Assembly: GCF_022045235.1 (NCBI RefSeq)
Contig: NW_027266271.1
Coordinates: forward strand, 27,900,001-27,964,000
From: Haliotis cracherodii
Lineage: Eukaryota
Direction of reading: 5' to 3'
DNA: 64,000 bases
Below are positions 1 through 12,543 of the stretch, piece by piece; the stretch's first letter is position 1, and every line of letters starts with the position of its first letter. The notes below the pieces were generated by a model. That model had not been told where the DNA came from and did not search any database. It saw nothing but the letters and a program-made list of their open reading frames with translations. The position numbers and the translations under genes are program-made.

Positions 1-39
1 TTAACGAAGCATGGGTCAGGGTATAGGGTGGTGGCTAAA

Positions 40-352
40 GTAAGGTGAAATGAGGTTTAAAGTCGCATTCAAGATTATTGCACTTATATAGCTATGTGTG
101 AGTGTGTGGGTCTGTGTGTTAGTGTGTGGATGCTTGTACTTGTCTGGACTATTGCTGATTTTGCTAGCCCACTGAGATACCATGCTGCAGTTTAACATAA
201 ATACCCAACTCAGACACAGTATACTGACTCCGAGCTGACCAATCCTTGTTTTAGCCCCTGAGCACCAGGCAGGGTAACAAAAACCATCTTTTACCCCCAG
301 ATCTTTCACTCTCTGAGTGGATGCTCTATCACTCGACCACGTTGGTGGTCGG
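40..352 (-). mobile_element. SINE family D copy (tRNA-derived head)
   Basis: Reverse-complement homologue of 14240-14530 (AAAGATGG..TTGTTACCCTGCC..GAGTCAGTATACTGTGTCTGAGT). Confidence 0.8.
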
Positions 353-585
353 GTGATGGCTGATTATAGGTGGACTGGAGCAGGTTCTTATGACATATTC
401 AGTTGTCAACTCAATGGTATTCTGACTGTGTGGGTTGTGTGGGATAATGGCTGAGGCATGAACTGTGCTCAGTAGTTAAGTTGATAACTTTTAATCCTTG
501 ACTATTAAATTGTAAGTGTATTATTATTTGATAGATACACTGTACCCATTGGCTACTTGGGCTTCACTTGGGAAGTAACATGACA

Positions 586-958
586 ACCTCCATCTGTGGG
601 TGTCACCTTAGCTTCAAGTCCTCTATCTGTGGGTGTCACTTTAGCTTCAAGTCCTCCATCTGAGTGTGTCACTTTAGCTTCAAGTCCTCCATCTGATGGT
701 GTCACTTTAGCTTCAAGTCCTCCATCTGAGTGTGTCACTTTAGCTTCAAGTCCTCCATCTGAGTGTATCACTTTAGCTTCAAGTCCTCCATCTGAGGGTG
801 TCACTTTAGCTTCAAGTCCTCCATCTGAGGGTGTCACTTAAGCTTCAAGTCCTCCATCTGAGTGTATCACTTTAGCTTCAAGTCCTCCATCTGAGTGTAT
901 CACTTTAGCTTCAAGTCCTCCATCTGAGGGTGTCACTTTAGCTTCAAGTCCTCCATCT
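586..958. repeat. 33-bp minisatellite, about 11 copies
   Basis: Unit GTCACTTTAGCTTCAAGTCCTCCATCTGAGTGT. Confidence 0.95.
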
Positions 959-1945
959 CAAACTCAGAAAGAATCTACGGTGGTGAATGGGTCCAGAGGT
1001 TTTATGATTGAAGAATGGCAAGATGATACACTGGATAATTGAAGAAGATGCTCTTTCAGATGATTATTTCTGGTTATCTCTTCAATGAAGAACCCCCTTA
1101 AAATGTCATCTTCCCATAATGAACCACCAGTGCCTCAGTAAAACATTCACATGGGATCTTTAGTACACATTAACATGACAGCAAAATAATATAGTTCTAA
1201 AAATATTATAATGACTTCCCAATCAAAATGGTGTCCTTGGATATTTTGCTGAAACCTGTTGAGATGCATTTCACTTTTTTTATGCCTTTCATATTTTGGT
1301 TTTATTCTCTGCGGACTCATTTCCTTCCTGCGTGACAGAGATATGAGTGTAAATACCTCTCAGGCAATGATGTATTAATGGAATAACCAGTAAATAAAGG
1401 AATAGTTCTTGGGAAGCCACCTCTTTCATTTATGCTGATGTCTCCACAAGGAAATAACTGATTTTTTTGTGACCAAGTTGTTTTTGTCTCCATAATGACG
1501 GGCCAAACATGTTTCAGTCACAGAGCCAAGTTGTGTGGAATGTTTAATGGGAAAGAAAATATTTATTTTGCCACAATCTATATTTTTGATCACTGCCTTG
1601 TCAGTTATCATGTCCTTGGATAATTGCTGTTGGAAGTTTTATTGCTTTCATCTGCCCCACATAGATGTGTATCTCTGAATGATTTATTTATCATCTGCTT
1701 GATGTTTTGCTATCAATCATTTGACCGATGTACCAAGTTACCTGTAAACACTCAGCAAAATGTGCCCATCAATAAAGCAAGTGTCCATTTAGCCACCTTG
1801 AAGAGAAGTGTGGAGGTTTGTTTGTAAACTTGACATCAGTATGCCATGTGAAACATGGGTAAGCAATGCATCATGTACAGTGAGAGGGAGTTGATGGGCT
1901 GGGTTTTGGACACTGCTTTGAACAGCATTTCAGTAACATCACTGA

Positions 1946-2229
1946 GGGGGCACGTGTGGCCCAGTCGTCTTAGGCGCCGCGATTCGCTGTGCAGAGTCGC
2001 ATCCCTTGGGCACGCCAGAAACCTATGATTGTGGGTTCGAATCCTGGTTCGCCCCGATTATGTTTCTAGGTTTGTCAGCACCTTACCCGTGCTCGTGGGT
2101 TTCACCGAAGTGGTTAACGTCTGAGACCTGCATCACTTTGGGCTTTCCTCCCACATTAAGCTGACACGACGTGATATAACTGGAATACTGTTAAAAGCGG
2201 CGTTAAACCCAACTCACTCACTCACTCAC
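1946..2229 (+). mobile_element. SINE family B, full length, (ACTC)n tail, 15-bp TSD
   Basis: A-box-like TGGCCCAGTCG, B-box GGTTCGAATCC; TSD TCAGTAA[C/A]ATCACTG at 1930-1944 and 2230-2244; near-identical to 37351-37632. Confidence 0.9.
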
Positions 2230-2297
2230 TCAGTAAAATCACTGGGTGTCAGCTGGATGTGGGAGCCCAGTTAATCAGGTGTATATTAGCCGTAGGT

Positions 2298-2885
2298 GAA
2301 AAACCCGAAGTAATGCAGTTCTTAGACGTTCACCACTTTGGTGAAACCCACACACGGTTATGGTGCTGACAAACCTAGAAACATAATCAGTGAGTGAGTT
2401 GGGTTTTACGCTGCTTTTAACAGTATTCCAGTTATATCACGGCTTGTCAGCTTAATGTTGGAGGAAAACCCGAAGTGATGCAGGTCTTAGATGTTCACAA
2501 CTTTGGTGAAACCCACACACGGGTATGGTGCTGACAAACCTAGAAACATAGTGAGTGAGTGAGTTGGGTTTTACGCTGCTTTTAACAGTATTCCAGTTAT
2601 ATCACGGCATGTCAGCTTAATGTGGGAGGAAAGCCCGAAGTGATGCAGGTCTCAGACGTTTACCACTTCGGTGAAACCCACTAGCTCGGGTATGGTGCTG
2701 ATAAACCTAGAAACATAATTGGGGCAAACCGGGATTCGAACCCACAATCATAGGTTTCTGTCGTACCCACGGGACGCAACTCTGCACAGCGAATTGCGGC
2801 GCCTTAGGCGACTGGGCCACCCGTACCCCCCAGAAACATTATCAGGGTAAACCTATGATTAAAAGTTTCTGGTGTACAAAAGGAA
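2298..2885 (-). mobile_element. Nested/tandem SINE family B copies (full copy 2551-2831 plus truncated copies)
   Basis: Three repeats of the reverse SINE-B body; AGAAACAT duplicated around the full copy. Confidence 0.88.
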
Positions 2886-3318
2886 TGTTACTCAAATTAC
2901 CAAGAATTAGATGACTTGGTCCTCCATTTAATTCAACATTTTTTTAAATTTCAGATTTACAAATGAATTAAGCAAGTGATAAGAAAAACCCCATGGAATT
3001 CTTTGTCTCTGATTCCCAGGGACAATGTAGACTTTCCATGTTGAAGATCTGGCATCAATATTATTGTTCTGAGAGGTCACCGTACTATTCCTCTCTTGCT
3101 AAGGAATATGAGTTACATGGTACTTTAATATGGACGCAAGCCAAATTGTTAATTGCACAAAACGGTTCTTTTTATAGGTCTGCCCTGACATATATTGGTA
3201 CTGATGCTTGAACCTCTCATGCCATGGCTGACTTATAGTCCATGTTTTAAGTGTTTACAAATATTATCGCTATGATGAAATATGTACCAGATTGCTTTCA
3301 CGTGTGATGTTTTGATAG

Positions 3319-3704
3319 AAGGGCCTGGACGAGTCCCAATGCACTACCCGGGTACAAAACCCCCAATCAGCCAACCTACCCGGGTACCCGCTTAGGTCTC
3401 AAAAGTTGTCTGATTGGAAACTGTTTTACTGGAGCCCTTGCAAAAACTTTTAAGATGCATATATATAATGATCTGATCATGCATACACTGAAGTTGAATG
3501 AAGTTTTATCTTTACTCAAACAGATATATAAATTTGTGAGTAGTGAAAACAAAATGTGAGCACTAGCAACTTGAGCTTTTACTGTGAAGATTTATTGTTA
3601 TTGTCATTTAAACAAAATATCACATGACTAACCACAGGTCCGGGCAGTCTTGTGTGTATCCAGGTCACCTGACCTGAGTACCCGAGTTATCCATTTCAGC
3701 TCTA
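3319..3704. mobile_element. hAT-like MITE (GGGCTGGGACG family), degenerate
   Basis: Homologous to 32598-32934 and 19077-19670 (CCCGGGTACCC subterminal motifs). Confidence 0.7.
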
Positions 3705-3758
3705 ATTGATGACATACTTTTTAGTTACATAACTTATTCTCATCCCTGTATGGCTAAA

Positions 3759-3924
3759 GGGGGCGGTCGGGTAACCTAGTGGTTAAAGCGTTTGCTCGTC
3801 ACGCCGAAGACCCGAGTTTGATTCCCGACATGAGTACAATGTGTGAAGCCCATTTCTGGTGTCCCCCGCTGTGATATTGCTGGAATATTGCTTAAAGCGG
3901 CGTAAAACCATACTCACTCACTCA
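3759..3924 (+). mobile_element. SINE family A (about 165 bp, tRNA-derived), 13-bp TSD
   Basis: A/B-box-like head, (ACTC)n tail, TSD CTGTATGGCTAAA at 3746-3758 and 3925-3937. Confidence 0.92.
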
Positions 3925-4067
3925 CTGTATGGCTAAAACAATGCTGATTATGATGGTAAATTTGAACTCACTCACTGAATTCAGAGCAGTGGATCACACA
4001 ATATGTTCACAAACTAAACCTATTCACAGAAATATGTATCTCACTTGTCATCATTCATTTCAGTTTC

Positions 4068-4236
4068 GTGTGGTTGGGTAGCCTAGTGGTTAAAACGTTC
4101 GCTCGTCATGCCAAAGACCCAGGTTCGATTCCCAACATGGGTACAATGTGTGAAGCCTATTTCTGGTGTCCTCCGCCTTGATACTGCTGGAATACTGCTA
4201 AAAGCAGCGTAAAACCACTCTCGCTCACACACACAC
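4068..4236 (+). mobile_element. SINE family A, 13-bp TSD
   Basis: TSD TCATTTCAGTTTC at 4055-4067 and 4237-4249. Confidence 0.9.
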
Positions 4237-5011
4237 TCATTTCAGTTTCAGTGCAGAGTTGTATCCCTTTGTCAAGCCAGGATCTGCAGGTGTTGGGTTT
4301 GAATCCCAGATTTAACCTGGTTATGATTCTTGGTCTCACCAGAGTGGTAAATATCAGTAACTGGCATCACTCTCCCCCCCATGAGGCTGGTCTGTCCCTC
4401 CCAACTCATTGTAGTTAAACAGTAGCTGTCTGCACAGATGGCTCCACACAGGAAGTGATCCACACACTGCACACATTCTTAGAATCAGATACTATCAGTT
4501 ACGTGTGTCAACAGTGGGTGCATGGATTCCTCAAGCTGAATGACACCAAAGGTCCAGTGTTGTACACAAACACACAGCTCGCAACATCCTGCTCATCCTG
4601 CTGTTGACACATGTAATACATTTTACAGTACAAGGTTACACATTACAAAGAATCATTTCGAAAATTGTGTGTGACAATAAAATCTAATCTGTGACTGCCT
4701 TCAGACTCTCAGTATGGTAACTTGAAGCAGGAACAGTCTGTTCTGATGTGATGTTATAATATCTGTACAGGCCAGGGACCTGAATACCTGTTCCAACAGG
4801 ATTGCAACTGGCCAGTCAGTTTCCTGGATTCTTTAACAAGTAATGAGTCAGTGAGCCAGGATGTATACCCTCTCTACAGTGGGAGCCGTGTGATACACTG
4901 TCAGATGGTGCAAAGAGCAACAGGATTGCTTGTAATTAAACAATGTCATGGGGAGAAACTGGAATGAAGTGCCTAATTCTTGAAGCTGTTGTTGACTGTT
5001 CACTGGCCCTG

Positions 5012-5686
5012 CACAGCACTGGGTTCACTGACTCAACACAGCACTGGGTTCACTGACCCAACACAGCACTGGGTTCACTGACTCAACACAGCACTGGGTT
5101 CACTGACCCAACACAGCACCAGGTTCACTGGCCCAACACAGCACGGGGCTCACTGGCCCAACACAGCACTGTGTTCACTGACCCAACACAGCACTGGGTT
5201 CACTGACCCAACACAGCACCAGGTTCACTGGCCCAACACAGCACTGGGTTCACTGACTCAACACAGCACTGGGTTCACTGACTCAACACAGCACCAGGTT
5301 CACTGGCCCAACACAGCACTGGGTTCACTGACTCAACACAGCACTGGGTTCACTGACCCAACACAGCACCAGGTTCACTGGCCCAACACAGCACTGGCCC
5401 AACACAGCACTGGGTTCACTGACTCAACACAGTACTGGGTTCACTGGCCCAACACAGCACTGGGTTCACTGACTCAACACAGCACTGGGTTCACTGACCC
5501 AACACAGCACTGGGTTCACTGACCCAACTCAGCACTGGGTTCACTGACTCAACACAGCACCAGGTTCACTGGCCCAACACAGCACTGGGTTCACTGACTC
5601 AACGCAGCACTGGGTTCACTGACTCAACACAGCACCACTTTCACTGGCCCAACACAGTACAGGGTTCACTGGCCCAACACAGCACT
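5012..5686. repeat. 25-bp minisatellite, about 27 copies
   Basis: Unit CACAGCACTGGGTTCACTGACTCAA with variants. Confidence 0.95.
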
Positions 5687-6129
5687 TGCACCTGTGAACA
5701 ATCAGAAGCAAGACATATTCCAAAGCCCTGGCAGTGACACACTGTCCACTCACTGAGATCATTTTAGAGCATGAATCCAAGTCTAATAGTTCTTTAAAAT
5801 CGGAATGGGTAATATAATTTAACTGAATAATATGACAATATTTGAAGAACTATCTGAATAAATAAGATCAGTCAGTTCTTCACATTCTTTCATCATGATA
5901 ACAGCTATCACTTATATGGCGAAACCAAACGAAAACAGATTCATCCAGAATCAATCTTTTATCAAAACCAACAGCTTGGTTCAGGAAAGTTTGAAAAATG
6001 GAAATTTAAGTTTTTGATAGTTTAAAATGAGTATACTTCAAGATACAAAATGAAAGTGTGTCATGAGTGTGATCCTACCACAGGGAAGAAAAACGAAGTG
6101 AGGACAATTCCGATCTGTTTCCCCTTACA

Positions 6130-6321
6130 GTGTGTTGATGTTGGAACTGGAAACCAATTTTATACTTCTTGCGCAATTTCATTCAAATGTATGTTTGATA
6201 CTGTTGGTCCTCCCGGTGGCTAAATGTATCAGCTTACGAATAGCACCACTTGTTGATAAGCTGTTCTGAAATGCCGCCCAAGTGGTCAATAAAAATTTCG
6301 TGTGGTGATAGATTTGGAAAC
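6130..6321 (-). pseudogene. Possible decayed Tc1/mariner transposase fragment
   Basis: Minus-strand translation FPNLSPHEIFIDHLGRH resembles the Tc1 SPDLSPIEH.WD.LGRR motif; stops follow. Confidence 0.35.
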
Positions 6322-9149
6322 TAGAGTGGGGGTATCTAAGCTTGTCAGGACCAGAGAATGATCCCAGGTTCAGATTAGAGGCTGTAAACTATACTAGCTG
6401 AGAGAGATGTAAGCCAGGCCTGTGATCTGTCCATAAATGTCTTCTAACAGCAACGGCCTGTGTTCTGTTCTGGGAGTTTAATGTGGTGTACAAGCTATCC
6501 TGGAGAGAGGTCTCTCACGATCTGCCTCCTTGTGCTGACTCTGTCTATTGCTTCATACAAAGATCTGAGGGCGAGAATGGGACTATTACCTCAATAGAAA
6601 TTAGTGCCTTTTGAGTCTCAAATATTAAGCCACTTACATTTCATGTGATCTAACTGAGCTATTTCATTTGGGTATTTGCTGTGGGTTTTTTAAAGTATTT
6701 ATTTGGTCAGATTAATTTAATTATTGTTTTACATACTTCTTGTGTTTCTTTTCCAGGAGGCTGGAGGCAAATAAAAGATAATATTTAGAAAATGTTTTGG
6801 GTTTGATTTGAGATTAATTTCTTGTCTTGAAATAAAAAGCTTATCTTCAGTATAAGACACATTTATTTTTTGAATTTTTCAATATTCAGCAAATGTATGT
6901 GTAGGATGATAAGTAAAGAAACTAAATTGTCCAATTATAAAAATATTAACAATATGTATATTTCATGACATGCTGATTTATGTTGCTGGAAGGGTGCTTA
7001 ATTTTTCTCTAATTCTTGCTGTAGTCCCTAGAACTATTCCCTTTCACACAAGATTTCGTTTCCATAGTCTTCCATTAGAGTTGGTTTGATATGCGTCTTT
7101 ATACCTTGATGATCCTAATGAGTTAACACCTGAGTGTGTCATAACACCTGTTGCTTACATCCCGCCATAGCCTCACCTGTAATGAATACAAACACACCCT
7201 CTGGCCTGCCCTTAGATAACCCCCAGATACAAACACTTTACCTTGCTTACTCAATTAGTTGCCTTGATTGAAAAACATTCTACTTGATGTTTGTTTGGGA
7301 TAAAACATCTGATTTTGTCATGATATTCCACCTGTTGGTGCCGGTATGACCTTCTTGACTCTCAGTTTCATTTAGTTTCACTTTGAGTGGTAAGTGATAT
7401 TTTACAGGAAACCGGTGCCTCTTGGGGCAATGCGTATTTTAAAAACATTTTTAGAAATTCTGCACTTTTTTTAATATTCCTGTGTAGTGCACTGAAAGTC
7501 TGTTGCCATATATCATTGTGACGCTGGCAGTTCTTTCAGCACTTCTTTAGCACTCTTTGCTGTTTGTTTGAAGAATTCTATCCTGGTTTCTTGGTGGATA
7601 TTAATTTTGTATGCATGACAATATTTAGAAAAAAATATTTGTCAAAATAGGATTGGTGGGGTTGTACGGTTGAACACTTGTCAAACACGCATATGAACAT
7701 AAGTTGTTTTCTTGAACCACTTAGATTTGAAGCTTGAATGTTAATAGATTACGAAAATATGTTGTAATGTGTGGGAGCAATGTCAAAAATCACACGAGAG
7801 TTGGAACACAGTACAGGAGTAAATCTAGATCCCATGTCTTTGCTGTCAAGATCATTAGTGATTCGCACACGGCTATTTCCAGAGCAGTTAGTTGTGGCAT
7901 CTCTGTGAATCCTCCAGGGAAGAAACACTTGAACAATATCGGTTTAAAAGTGTAAAATTCCTCTCTTCAAGTTTCTCTGGGTTTTTAAACTCTAAATTTA
8001 AGGTTAGCACCATCGAAAAATAGTGTGTCTTGGGAGATGGGAGTTCTGGTGGTGGTTGATGATAGTCGTGAGCCATTTATTCTCAGGTAAAGCAATTTGT
8101 GAACTGACTCCTGCTTGACCTTGTTTTATCATCAAGCTAACGAGGCAGAAAATCATCACATGTGTACACTCAAGTCACTTCAGAGGAGGTTCATCACAGG
8201 CCTAGGGTGAAAATATGCAAGGGATTGCTCCAAACCCACCTTTGGCAAACAGTTGGGGTAGAATTTGTATGTGGCATTTTATAGCTTTTGACTTCAAAGA
8301 ATTCTACTGATTTTTACTTCAACATTTTACGACTTTTGCAACTGTTCATGTATAATAATATATTAAAAATTATGTTGATCAAGCTTGAATAGGGGTACTC
8401 AGATTCTGTTTTATCAGTGATCATGACATATTCTAAATTCAATTAAGATAGATCTTGTAACTGGACATGTGTTGATCATTAACGGGTGATGTTCAGTTGG
8501 TATTTATGAAGCTACCTTTCAAGATGTCTTCCAAGTGTGAAACACATCAGCCTTGCTTGCCAAAAACATGCTTCTCATTGCCTACAGTGTAGGATGAAAT
8601 AACAGCCATGTGCTTCGTCAGTCTTAATGCGGTAATTTGACTAGGAAGAAAACAATTTTTCTTGGCTACATATTTTTATTTTATGATGGAAGGTATAATG
8701 GGATGAAGGCATGTTAGTTATGTGGAGGAGAGGATAAGTCTGGGAGGGTGGTCTTCTGTTTAGCTGAAGTCCACACTTCCTAGTGTTGACAAACATATTG
8801 TCTATGAAATATCTTTTATTACACATTACATTTCTCTGCGCTAAAATTTTAAAATAATTTTTCGTCATGCTTATTTTTTTTATAGACTGTGGAAAAGAGC
8901 TTGCTAGACTTCTTTTGGCAGGATTTCTTATGAATATGGAAAGAGTTTTATCGCTTTTATTTTTTATATAAATCTATTTTTATTTTCATAAAATACATAT
9001 ATTCCACAGTCATGGTGCAGGACTAATACCTGTCTTGTAAATGTGCTTGGGAAGCTAAAAGGGATTTTGTACTATGTATATATGTAAATACTTGTAATTT
9101 CATATGGTAGGTCCAGTGAAAGATGTATTAAGGTGATCATTTAGTGTTT

Positions 9150-9532
9150 GTCATACGACTCCTGCTCAGAAGTTGTTTGATCAAGGTTATGACATTCAAG
9201 ACCTCAGAAAGGCTTTTAAAATGTTTTATGGTAGACATGTGGAGGACATTTCCAAGTTTGCCGCATCAGTGATAAAAATGATGTTGATGCAATTCTCTAT
9301 TTGTACTTGTACCATATGTTCCTGTGAGTTATCAGGTGAACAATTGCTTGGCCTTTGCATGTGTTTGTGATGGGTTCCACCGGTGGGGCAGGATACGCTC
9401 TCCTTTTTACGAACACCGGGTATCATCACTATTTGATAGTGATTCATAAACACATATAGTTGGAATCGTACTATCGACTGTTTTATGCAGAGATTTCTAT
9501 TGGATATGGAAAGGGTTTTGTCGCTTTATTTA
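9150..9532 (+). mobile_element. 3' remnant of a Penelope-like retroelement (RT thumb end plus 3' tail)
   Basis: KLFDQGYDIQDLRKAFKMFYGRH matches the PLE thumb motif KLL.QGY...L..F.KFYGRH; tail fragments recur at about 8920, 55030, 55830 and 59265. Confidence 0.65.
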
Positions 9533-10179
9533 CATTTTGAGGTATCTGTCTATGAGAGAGATCCACTCAAACCAACCGAACTTGGTTATGAAAATAAATT
9601 TAGCATTCTTTCTTGCATATAAGCCATGACTGACTACCCCCGTACAACAAAGGACCATGCACATTGATCAGATTTCATGCTAAGGTTATATATTTGGCAC
9701 AGTTTTGGTGTACATAACTTCACATATTCAGTTCATGGTCTTGTGTACTTGAAACCCTTGTCTGATTCTGCAGAAAAGGTCTCCCTTATTTTGTTTGTTT
9801 GCAAAACATGCAGAATGAACTTTTCTACATATTTGAGGGTGCCAACCCCCTCCTCCCCTTAATCCCTAATACCTTCTATGTTTGAGTCTCATTTTCTTTC
9901 CCCTGAAACCAGAATACTACTCAAATCTCAATAACCTTGAGAAAAGCATGCAATTTCAAGTAACATTACTACAAAAATATCACTGTGTACATCATATGCA
10001 CCTTTTTTATATGAAATTAGGTAAGATGATAAAAATGAAGATATTATGAAAAATGAAGTATATAAAAATATCAAGTACATGTACTCGCCTTGGGAATGAT
10101 TTTTCGATAAACGTCAATGTGCAAAAAGTACTTCTGTGTCAGTTTTATTGGATATATGTTATTTTTGATTATTAACAAT

Positions 10180-10311
10180 CAATGGTGGATCCAGATGTTT
10201 TCAAACAAACTGTTTTTACCCTCAGTGGACAGGAAAGTTTTTATTGGTTGTGTATTTCAAAATGAAGGGGGTTATCAAACCCCCTGAATCGCGCCTCTGG
10301 ATCCTCCACCG
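10180..10311. mobile_element. Small MITE with CARTGGYGGATCCAG-type TIRs
   Basis: CAATGGTGGATCCAG ... CTGGATCCTCCACCG; ACAAT on both flanks. Confidence 0.6.
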
Positions 10312-10687
10312 ACAATTATTTCTGTCATTTTCTGTCTAAATCTGGAATAAGTTATTGTTTACGAAAAAACTGTTTTAGGTTAGATTAGTATCAATTTTGT
10401 ATACATTTTGAGAGAAAGTAAAATGTGACAGGTATTTTTAGAGTGATATTGTCAGTTCATTTATTTGTTGTTAAATACAGTTCTTTCATTCTTCATTTGT
10501 GTCTCTATCCAGTATATGGTAGGTTATGTTATATTATAATGGATGTTTTTTTGACAAGAAGAGTAGAGTCACTGTGCAGGTAGTATCGTCAATGCCTGCC
10601 ACTACTATCCCTCTATTGATCAGTTAAGTACATATTAGTTTAACTGTTAACACGGCAGTATTAACTGAACCAGCCATTGCCAGACAA

Positions 10688-10951
10688 GATCCGGGGTAGA
10701 ATAGGTCTTCAGCAACCCATGCTTGCCATAAAAGGCAACTATGCTTGTCGTAAGAGGCGACTAACAGGATCGGGTGGTCAGGCTCGCTGACTTTGTTGAT
10801 GCATGTCATCGATCCCAATTGGGTGGATCGATGTTCATGATATCAATCACTGGATTGTCTGGTCCAGACCTAATTATTTACAGACCACCGTCATATAGCG
10901 GGAATATTGCTGAGTGCGGTGTTAAACAAAGAAACAGTAAAAACAAACAAA
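10688..10951 (+). mobile_element. SINE-like family C (no evident tRNA head, (AAAC)n tail)
   Basis: Homologous to copies at about 14955, 23360, 25570 and 30113; CCAGACAA flanks both ends. Confidence 0.85.
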
Positions 10952-12381
10952 CCAGACAATACAATTTAAACACATAACATTCATTTGTATAGAAAACAAA
11001 TTTAGCTCAAATAGGCCTCCGTCATTATGGCTGGTTGGGCATGCTATGAACATCTAGGTGCCGGCCCAAGACTTGGTTATTTACAGGCCTCCATGATATT
11101 ACTGGAATATTGCTGACAACAGCAACACAAATATTCACTCACTCATTCACTCTGTCACAGTCATGTTTTACATCACAAGTAAAAGGGGATCCCTCGACTG
11201 TGTTATCCAAACACTGCAGAGCTTTTTGTGTGAAAAGAAGCAGCACTGTTTCATTTGGCAAGTCGTAACTCATCATTAGTGGTTTTGTGTTCTCCTTGAG
11301 AGCCAGAATTGGGCAACACCATGTCGTCAGCTATCTGTTTCACCCAGGCCCCCACCTGCCCACCAGTCATCTTGCTACGCCTGGCAATCTCCACAAGTGG
11401 CCATGTCTTCACTGTGAGGTGGTCGCCAAGCCAGGCTGGAGGCTGAGAGGCTGGAGGCTTGAGGCTGAGAGGCAACCTCCCAGCAACCAGAGCGTTCTTT
11501 TGAAGCAAAGGATGCCTACTTGTGGAATGAAAAAGAAATCATGAATTTGTCTGGCAGTTGTCGTGTCAAGTTTTCTTAATTTATGATTTTGTATATATTG
11601 TTTTAGGTTATTTTTCTCCTTGTGTGTTTTTTTTAACCACCTTTTATAGTACGACTGTCTGTTGCTGTCAATTTCTGATTTATATAAAGCTGTTTTTAAT
11701 GTTATTTTTTATTGTTCTGTTGACACATCCCTTTCTAAGATGTCCCACAGCTGTTGTGTGCAAATTGTAAATTTGTGATTTAGTGATCTATATTTAGTTT
11801 TTAGGTAAATTCCATAGTGTCCATGTTGTGCAAATTTTGGTGTCCTCTCATCCTCCCCAGCAATGTCTTGTTGGTGCCAAATGATCATATATCATTATTA
11901 TATCCCAACTTTTGCATGGTGACTACAAATACATTCAGAATATTCATCATGTGTCTATATTCAAATCACTGGTAAAAAAAGAGTTTTAGCATAATTCTGA
12001 AGAACTACTATTACTGTACTGTGGAGTGGTGTGAACAGTAACACAAGAATTGATTTCACTCAGGTTGAACTTTGACAGTGTCTCTTTATCAACAAAGATG
12101 GGAAATATAGATTACAATATGACATTTCTTCAAGGAGACTCCAAAATAGCTGGTGAAAATACATAGATTATCACAAATAGAAAAGACAAACAATTTGTCT
12201 GTGAAATGGAACAAATTTAAGATTTCTTTTTGTTAAATTGTCATTAAATATATATTTAAAGGGGCCCAGAGAATCTTATAGTTTTCAAACGGAAAGAAAA
12301 ATATGCAGATATCTAGACTTGCTAAAGTATTGTAGACTTGCTTGGGAGTTTCAGGTATTCTAGTGTCATGATCTATATGAG

Positions 12382-12543
12382 TGCATGAGTATTGTTTTAC
12401 ACTGCTTTTAGCAAAATTCCAGTAATTTCACAGCGTGGGACACCAGAAATGAGCCTCACACATTGTACCCATGAGGGGAATCAAACCCACGCCTTCGTTG
12501 TGCTGAGCAAACTCTTTAACTACTAGGCTACCCTACCTCCCCT
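12382..12543 (-). mobile_element. SINE family A, 13-bp TSD (1 mismatch)
   Basis: TGATCT[A/G]TATGAG at 12369-12381 and 12544-12556. Confidence 0.85.

Noticed and set aside
553-841. Repetitive mucin-like ORFs on both strands
   Set aside because: Products of a 33-bp minisatellite; no splice context and the frame closes within the array.
3759-3835. tRNA genes at SINE heads
   Set aside because: A/B boxes are present but there is no complete cloverleaf; they continue into SINE body, tail and TSD.
10774-10977. Recurrent similar short ORFs (MVRLAD..., also 30196, 23469 and 25610) as a gene family
   Set aside because: They are translations of family C repeat copies.
11251-11544. GC-rich stretch with overlapping 85-aa ORFs as a candidate first exon
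   Set aside because: No signal peptide with a phase-1 donor and no recognisable domain.
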